A stretch of 64,000 nucleotides of DNA. Origin: a virus. The notes under the pieces were generated by a model. The model was not told the origin of the DNA and ran no database searches. It saw only the letters and a program-made list of their open reading frames with translations. The DNA lies in IMG/VR virus record IMGVR_UViG_3300025121_000776, positions 1 through 64,000 of that record; one strand, 5' to 3'. Positions within the stretch are counted from its first letter, which is position 1, and every line of letters begins with the position of its first letter. A program made the translations under genes and the position numbers. This document shows, one piece after another, positions 59,639 to 64,000 of this stretch.

Positions 59639-60841
59639 ATGCCACAAGAAATTAATAAATGCGCAGTAAATAATACAATTTCATTAAGAAAAGAAGTTGC
59701 TTCATCTGTATCGCTTTCCAATTCTCAAATTTCATATACTTTAGCAGATAGAACAGCTGTAAGCGTAAAATATGGGAATTATTTTACTGCATTTAATATT
59801 CCTCATATAGGGAATAATCAAATATTTTATAGTGGAGGAAGTGTTGCTTCCGCAGCAAGAGCCCACCCAGAATTATTTCAACTTAATGTTGATAAAATTG
59901 TAATAATTCCAATTGGAGTAAATCATTTTAATGAATATATTGATGGAAGGTCAATTACGTTAACAGTTCCACAGTGGGGCGGAACTTCTAAAACTGTAAT
60001 ATCAAGTTTTTATTCAGATGAACAAAGAACTTTAAAAAAAGCTGACTCCCCATTACCTCAATACTTTGGTCCAAAAAATGTAGCATTTCTATTTTCAAAT
60101 GATATAAATACTCCATATACAGGAACTTCTAACGCTGGAGCTATAACTCATAATTTAGCAGCATGGAACCCAACAACTGACTATAGAGATAGACCATCTG
60201 CTGTTGCATATTCTCAATTAGAAACATCAGATTTAAACACTGACACAAGAGCTTGGACTGTTGCAAAAAAAGCAGTAGCAGTTAATCAAGCATATCCAAA
60301 ATCACTTCTTGCATCTCAAGACCTTTTAAATGGGTATAATTATGACATTCCAGTTGGATTTGTTTGTTTAGATAAAGGATTTATTATACTTACACATCCA
60401 GAAATTATAAACGATATTCCTTGGACTTCTGGAAGTACAAGTTGTGTTCCTGGTTATGATAATGGAAGTTTAATGACAAATGATGGAGAAAATGTTATAA
60501 TAGGCTCAAATGCTGGCGCAACAAGCGCAACTACAAGTATTGTTTTTACAAGCACAACATCAACTTTAAATTTTGTTGATATGAGCGTAAGATATATGAC
60601 ATCTGTGTTATGTATAGCAATGCCAAAAACATTTTTTATATCAAAAAATCCAACATGGCCATTGCAAAGAAATTTAATAGAGGCAAGTCCTAATGGAAAT
60701 CAAAATTTTGATTCTATTTTTGTCACTCAAATTGGTTTATATAATGCTATGGAAGAATTAATTGCTGTCGCCAAACTTGATAGACCAGTTGAAAAAACAT
60801 ATGATAACATCATGACGTTTAATCTAGAAATTGACGTTTAA
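59639..60841 (+). CDS. Structural protein, paralog of the 56399 C-terminus
   Basis: FVTQIGLYNAMEELIAVAKLDRPVEK...F.LEID. Confidence 0.55.
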   Translation: MPQEINKCAVNNTISLRKEVASSVSLSNSQISYTLADRTAVSVKYGNYFTAFNIPHIGNNQIFYSGGSVASAARAHPELFQLNVDKIVIIPIGVNHFNEYIDGRSITLTVPQWGGTSKTVISSFYSDEQRTLKKADSPLPQYFGPKNVAFLFSNDINTPYTGTSNAGAITHNLAAWNPTTDYRDRPSAVAYSQLETSDLNTDTRAWTVAKKAVAVNQAYPKSLLASQDLLNGYNYDIPVGFVCLDKGFIILTHPEIINDIPWTSGSTSCVPGYDNGSLMTNDGENVIIGSNAGATSATTSIVFTSTTSTLNFVDMSVRYMTSVLCIAMPKTFFISKNPTWPLQRNLIEASPNGNQNFDSIFVTQIGLYNAMEELIAVAKLDRPVEKTYDNIMTFNLEIDV

Positions 60842-60850
60842 TTATAAAAT

Positions 60851-60891
60851 AAACAAAAAAAGGGAGGACAAAATTCTCCCTTTTTTTGTTT
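60851..60891. terminator. Bidirectional rho-independent terminator
   Basis: 16-bp perfect inverted repeat AAACAAAAAAAGGGAG / CTCCCTTTTTTTGTTT ending the structural block. Confidence 0.8.
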
Positions 60892-60946
60892 AACCATTGA
60901 TTTTATTTTTTTATTATTTATATTTTTAATTATAAAATTAAAAACA

Positions 60947-61492
60947 ATGTTACTATCCTTAGACATCAGCTCAAGCTGCATCGGTTATTCAGTATTTAAC
61001 GAGAAAAATACTTTAATTGAATTAGATTATGTAAGTTTTGATAGCAAAGCATCTTTATTTCAGAGGTTGGAGTATTTTAAAGAGAAAATATCATATTTGT
61101 TAAAATTTGATATTACAGCAATTGCAATAGAAGAACCTTTGAAAAAATTTAAAGGAAAGTTTTCATCAGCAGAAACAATTGCTTTATTAAATTTCTTTAA
61201 CGGAATGATTAGCTCTTTTTTATATAGTCATTTTAAAATTGAACCCGTTTATTATAATGTAAACAATGCGAGAAAAGTCGTTTTCCCAACTCTTAAAATA
61301 ACAAAAGAGGGAGCATCTACAAAACACCAAATTTGGGAAGAGGTTGTAAAACTTGAACCACAAATAAATTGGAAATATGGTAAAATTAGCAGAAAATTAA
61401 TGGTCGAAAACTATGATATGGCCGATTCATATGTAGTTGGAAAGTGTTACATAAAAATGTTCGAGACACAAAACTCTAAAATATTAAAATAA
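60947..61492 (+). CDS. RuvC-like Holliday junction resolvase
   Basis: LSLDISSSCIGY, IAIEE, N..RK, D.AD motifs (RNase H fold). Confidence 0.8.
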   Translation: MLLSLDISSSCIGYSVFNEKNTLIELDYVSFDSKASLFQRLEYFKEKISYLLKFDITAIAIEEPLKKFKGKFSSAETIALLNFFNGMISSFLYSHFKIEPVYYNVNNARKVVFPTLKITKEGASTKHQIWEEVVKLEPQINWKYGKISRKLMVENYDMADSYVVGKCYIKMFETQNSKILK

Positions 61493-61558
61493 CTTAAGAA
61501 TTTTGTGTTTTTTTTTATATTTATATTCGATTTAAACTTAACTTAAAATTTTTTAAAG

Positions 61559-61735
61559 ATGAAAAAACTATTAGTATTATTCGCAATTTCAGCAATTACA
61601 TTAACTTCATGTAATTCAACAGTGTCAACAGAGTCTGTAGAGGCTTCTATTGACTCGGTAATGGTAGCAGACACAACTTGTCTTAGTATAGACACATGCG
61701 CTGTAAAAGTAGATTCATGTGCTGTTGTAAAATAA
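61559..61735 (+). CDS. Small lipoprotein (58 aa, not in ORF track)
   Basis: MKKLLVLFAISAITLTSC signal peptide II with lipobox LTSC; mature part NSTVSTESVEASIDSVMVADTTCLSIDTCAVKVDSCAVVK. Confidence 0.7.
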   Translation: MKKLLVLFAISAITLTSCNSTVSTESVEASIDSVMVADTTCLSIDTCAVKVDSCAVVK

Positions 61736-61752
61736 ATACAAATTTATTTAGC

Positions 61753-61793
61753 AAACAAAAAACTCCCAAGTTAGACTTGGGAGTTTTTTGTTT
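61753..61793. terminator. Bidirectional rho-independent terminator
   Basis: 19-bp perfect inverted repeat AAACAAAAAACTCCCAAGT / ACTTGGGAGTTTTTTGTTT, 3-nt loop. Confidence 0.8.
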
Positions 61794-61806
61794 TACCACT
61801 TTTTAC

Positions 61807-61837
61807 TTGGAAAATTCAATATTTTACAATACATTTG
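61807..61837 (+). promoter_or_regulatory. Bacteroidota-type primary-sigma promoter (-33/-7)
   Basis: TTG 61807-61809, 20-nt spacer, TACATTTG 61830-61837; ATG at 61844. Confidence 0.6.
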
Positions 61838-61843
61838 CAAATT

Positions 61844-62842
61844 ATGGAAGACCAAAAGTTTATTATATTATCAATACTTAAGAATTTTCTAGGAGAGCCA
61901 AAATCATCAAGAGACTTGGAGTCAAGAAAACAATGGGAGTTTAATTGCCCAAATCACTACTGTAGAAATGATAATAATAAATATAATTTAGCTTTTAACA
62001 CAGATGACAATATTTATAAATGCTGGAAATGCAAAGACAGCGGTATTATTCATAAATTAGTGTATAAATATGGGTCAGAAGCGGATAATAAAAAACTTAA
62101 GCTTATAATGCCAACATATACAGGTAGCTTTATAAATATTTTTAGAAAACCGTCAATAAATCACAATTTAATATCTTGTCCTCTTCCCGAAGGGTATACT
62201 CCTTTAACAAATACAATAAGCTCTTTAATGCATAAATTAGCGCTTGACTACGCAATTAATACAAGAAAACTTTCAGTACAGCAAATTGTAGAGCATAAAA
62301 TCGGGTATACAGAAATAGGGAACTATAGGAACAGAATAATAATTCCATCTTTTAATGAATATGGAAACATTAATTATTTCGAAGCCAGAGCGTTTCTAAA
62401 AGGCGCCAAACTTCCATATTATAAACCAGATAAAAAAGCATTTCTAGATAAAAACATTCCAGAAAAATATGATATAATATTTAACGAAAAAAATATAAAC
62501 TGGGATTTGCCAGTGTATTTGGTAGAGGGAGTGTTTGATATGTTCAGAATTCCGAATTCAATTCCTATGTTAGGAAAAACTCCATCATGGTTATTGCTTT
62601 CAAAACTTATTGAACATAATGCTACAATTATAATCTGCCTTGATGAAGATGCTTTTAGGGATAGTTTAGAAATTTATGAGAAACTTTCTTCTTTAGATTT
62701 GGATGTTTATTTTGTAGATTTAAAGGGGTTTTCTGATATTTCTTTCTGTTATGAAAACTTCGGGCAAAAAGCAGTTATAAATCTTTTAAAAACCAGAACA
62801 AAAATAGACTTTATGTATAAAATATCAAAAATATTAAATTAA
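61844..62842 (+). CDS. DNA primase (Zn-finger plus Toprim)
   Basis: CPNHYC...KCWKC zinc finger, NRIIIP, LVEGVFD, CLDED Toprim motifs. Confidence 0.85.
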   Translation: MEDQKFIILSILKNFLGEPKSSRDLESRKQWEFNCPNHYCRNDNNKYNLAFNTDDNIYKCWKCKDSGIIHKLVYKYGSEADNKKLKLIMPTYTGSFINIFRKPSINHNLISCPLPEGYTPLTNTISSLMHKLALDYAINTRKLSVQQIVEHKIGYTEIGNYRNRIIIPSFNEYGNINYFEARAFLKGAKLPYYKPDKKAFLDKNIPEKYDIIFNEKNINWDLPVYLVEGVFDMFRIPNSIPMLGKTPSWLLLSKLIEHNATIIICLDEDAFRDSLEIYEKLSSLDLDVYFVDLKGFSDISFCYENFGQKAVINLLKTRTKIDFMYKISKILN

Positions 62843-63723
62843 GCTTTTGTTTTTATAAACAATTTGCTTCTGGAATTTAGTTCGGCAAGCCTAAAATGCT
62901 CTTTGATTTCTAAAAACTTTTTATATTTTCTTTGCAATCCAATGTTATCCAATTCTATTGTTTTATAAATATACTCACCAAAGCTTAGTAATGATTTTTT
63001 GTTCGTAAATCTTAAACAAGATGATTTGTTGCCGTTTTTATTTATTGTCTTTTTTATTGTATAATTACAACCCTTCATCCCCATCAAATTTTCAAAATCT
63101 ACCCAACTCTGCTCATAAGAACCAGATATGGCATATTGCTTACAAAATCCATTTGGATTTGTATAAAAGCAACCATCTCCATCTGAAAATCCAAGAAAAA
63201 AATAACTTTTTAATTCATCTGGAACTTTACTTAAAATTTTTGTTGGAGAAACCAATGACTTTTTATCATAATCATTTTCTAATAAAAAATCATATATAAA
63301 TGGGTTTGTAGTTGATATTATTGTTGTTTCTTTCCATGATTCTTTTCGTTTACATTTATAATATTTCCATGTTCCAATAGAATTAAACAAATCTTTTATT
63401 TACTCCATATCTTCGCTTACTATTTTTAAAACTGTAATACAAGAATTGTATCTTTTATCATGACCAATGTGCCCATCTGCCCACAAAAATCCCAATATGT
63501 AAGCAACTTCTGGACATTCTACTTTTATAATTTTATTATGATTTATATTAAATTTATCATTTTTTATATAAGATAAATTTAATTTTTGTACCATCCACTT
63601 AATATTACACTTAGTTCTTTTTAAAAAATCCATGCAATATTTAGTTTTCTTTTCCTTATAATTCTCTTTTAAAAAATTTATATCACTTTCTGTCCATTTC
63701 TCAGATTTAATGTGCTCTTTCAT
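62839..63723 (-). pseudogene. Two-motif LAGLIDADG homing endonuclease interrupted by one in-frame TAA (63400-63402)
   Basis: AYILGFLWADG and YFFLGFSDGDG motifs lie in two ORFs in the same frame: SEDME*IKDLFNSIG. Confidence 0.8.
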
Positions 63724-63731
63724 AATTATCC

Positions 63732-63911
63732 TTATTGATTATTTAGCATTTGTTCCATAGATTCTCTTACAAATTCAGATATTTTAATAATTTTTCCTCG
63801 TTGAACGCTTTGTTCAATTGTTTTTTTAACACATCTTTGATATAAATCATCGCTTAATCTAAATGTTAATGTTCTAAATTCTATCAATTTGCCTTCATTT
63901 TTGTTTTTCAT
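63732..63911 (-). CDS. Small ribbon-helix-helix-like protein (59 aa, not in ORF track)
   Basis: MKNKNEGKLIEFRTLTFRLSDDLYQRCVKKTIEQSVQRGKIIKISEFVRESMEQMLNNQ; minus-strand TATTTATA at 63941-63948. Confidence 0.55.
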   Translation of the reverse strand: MKNKNEGKLIEFRTLTFRLSDDLYQRCVKKTIEQSVQRGKIIKISEFVRESMEQMLNNQ

Positions 63912-64000
63912 AAAAATTGTTTTTAAATTATTTTGTCTTATATAAATATATTAAAAAAATTATAGAATATAAATATTTAAAGCAATTCTTTTAAAAATAA

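Noticed and set aside
61559-61735. Cys-containing small peptide as a RiPP precursor for the SPASM radical SAM enzyme
   Set aside because: It lies about 49 kb from the enzyme, has a lipoprotein signal rather than a leader peptide, and the rSAM sits within a sugar operon.
2605-63299. Many short opposite-strand or overlapping ORFs in the track (e.g. 9112..9489, 23038..23442, 23405..23803, 29159..29656, 31203..31514, 52504..52773)
   Set aside because: They are shadows of longer motif-bearing genes, with no motifs or initiation context.
1-64000. tRNA, rRNA, CRISPR arrays, reverse transcriptase/DGR, integrase, transposase
   Set aside because: None was recognised by eye. Intergenic gaps are short and AT-rich; a covariance-model search would be needed to exclude small RNAs.

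Overview
Very AT-rich (about one quarter GC by eye), gene-dense 64 kb segment of a large contractile-tailed (jumbo-type) phage, standard genetic code. The host is probably Bacteroidota: there are TTTG-N19/20-TAnnTTTG promoters, A-rich SD-less leaders and a lipobox peptide with D-(S/T)-x motifs. Positions 159-25693 form a ~25.5 kb, all-plus-strand glycan-biosynthesis island. It holds about 12 glycosyltransferase-like genes, an unusual Maf-like/NeuA/aminotransferase-III/VOC/B12-radical-SAM/GmhA/radical-SAM/NeuB operon, a sulfotransferase-GT fusion, methyltransferases and a Gmd/ColD-like/Fcl-ColC/GT11 cassette that looks like a GDP-colitose pathway. No flippase, polymerase or lipid-carrier initiating transferase is visible. 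Positions 25.7-35.9 kb hold an A1-like metallophosphoesterase, an antisense RHH-RHH-endonuclease cassette, a mini neck-like protein, a degenerate HAD protein, two more GTs and a phage sigma-like factor. Positions 35.9-60.8 kb are a baseplate/tail module (gp5/gpV-, gp25-, gp6-like) with strand flips; many promoter-proximal genes there carry a TATTTATA octamer shortly upstream of the ATG. The window ends with a RuvC-like resolvase, a small lipoprotein, a primase and a stop-interrupted LAGLIDADG endonuclease with its own RHH gene. No tRNA, rRNA or CRISPR array was seen. All family assignments are by motif recognition, without database searches.
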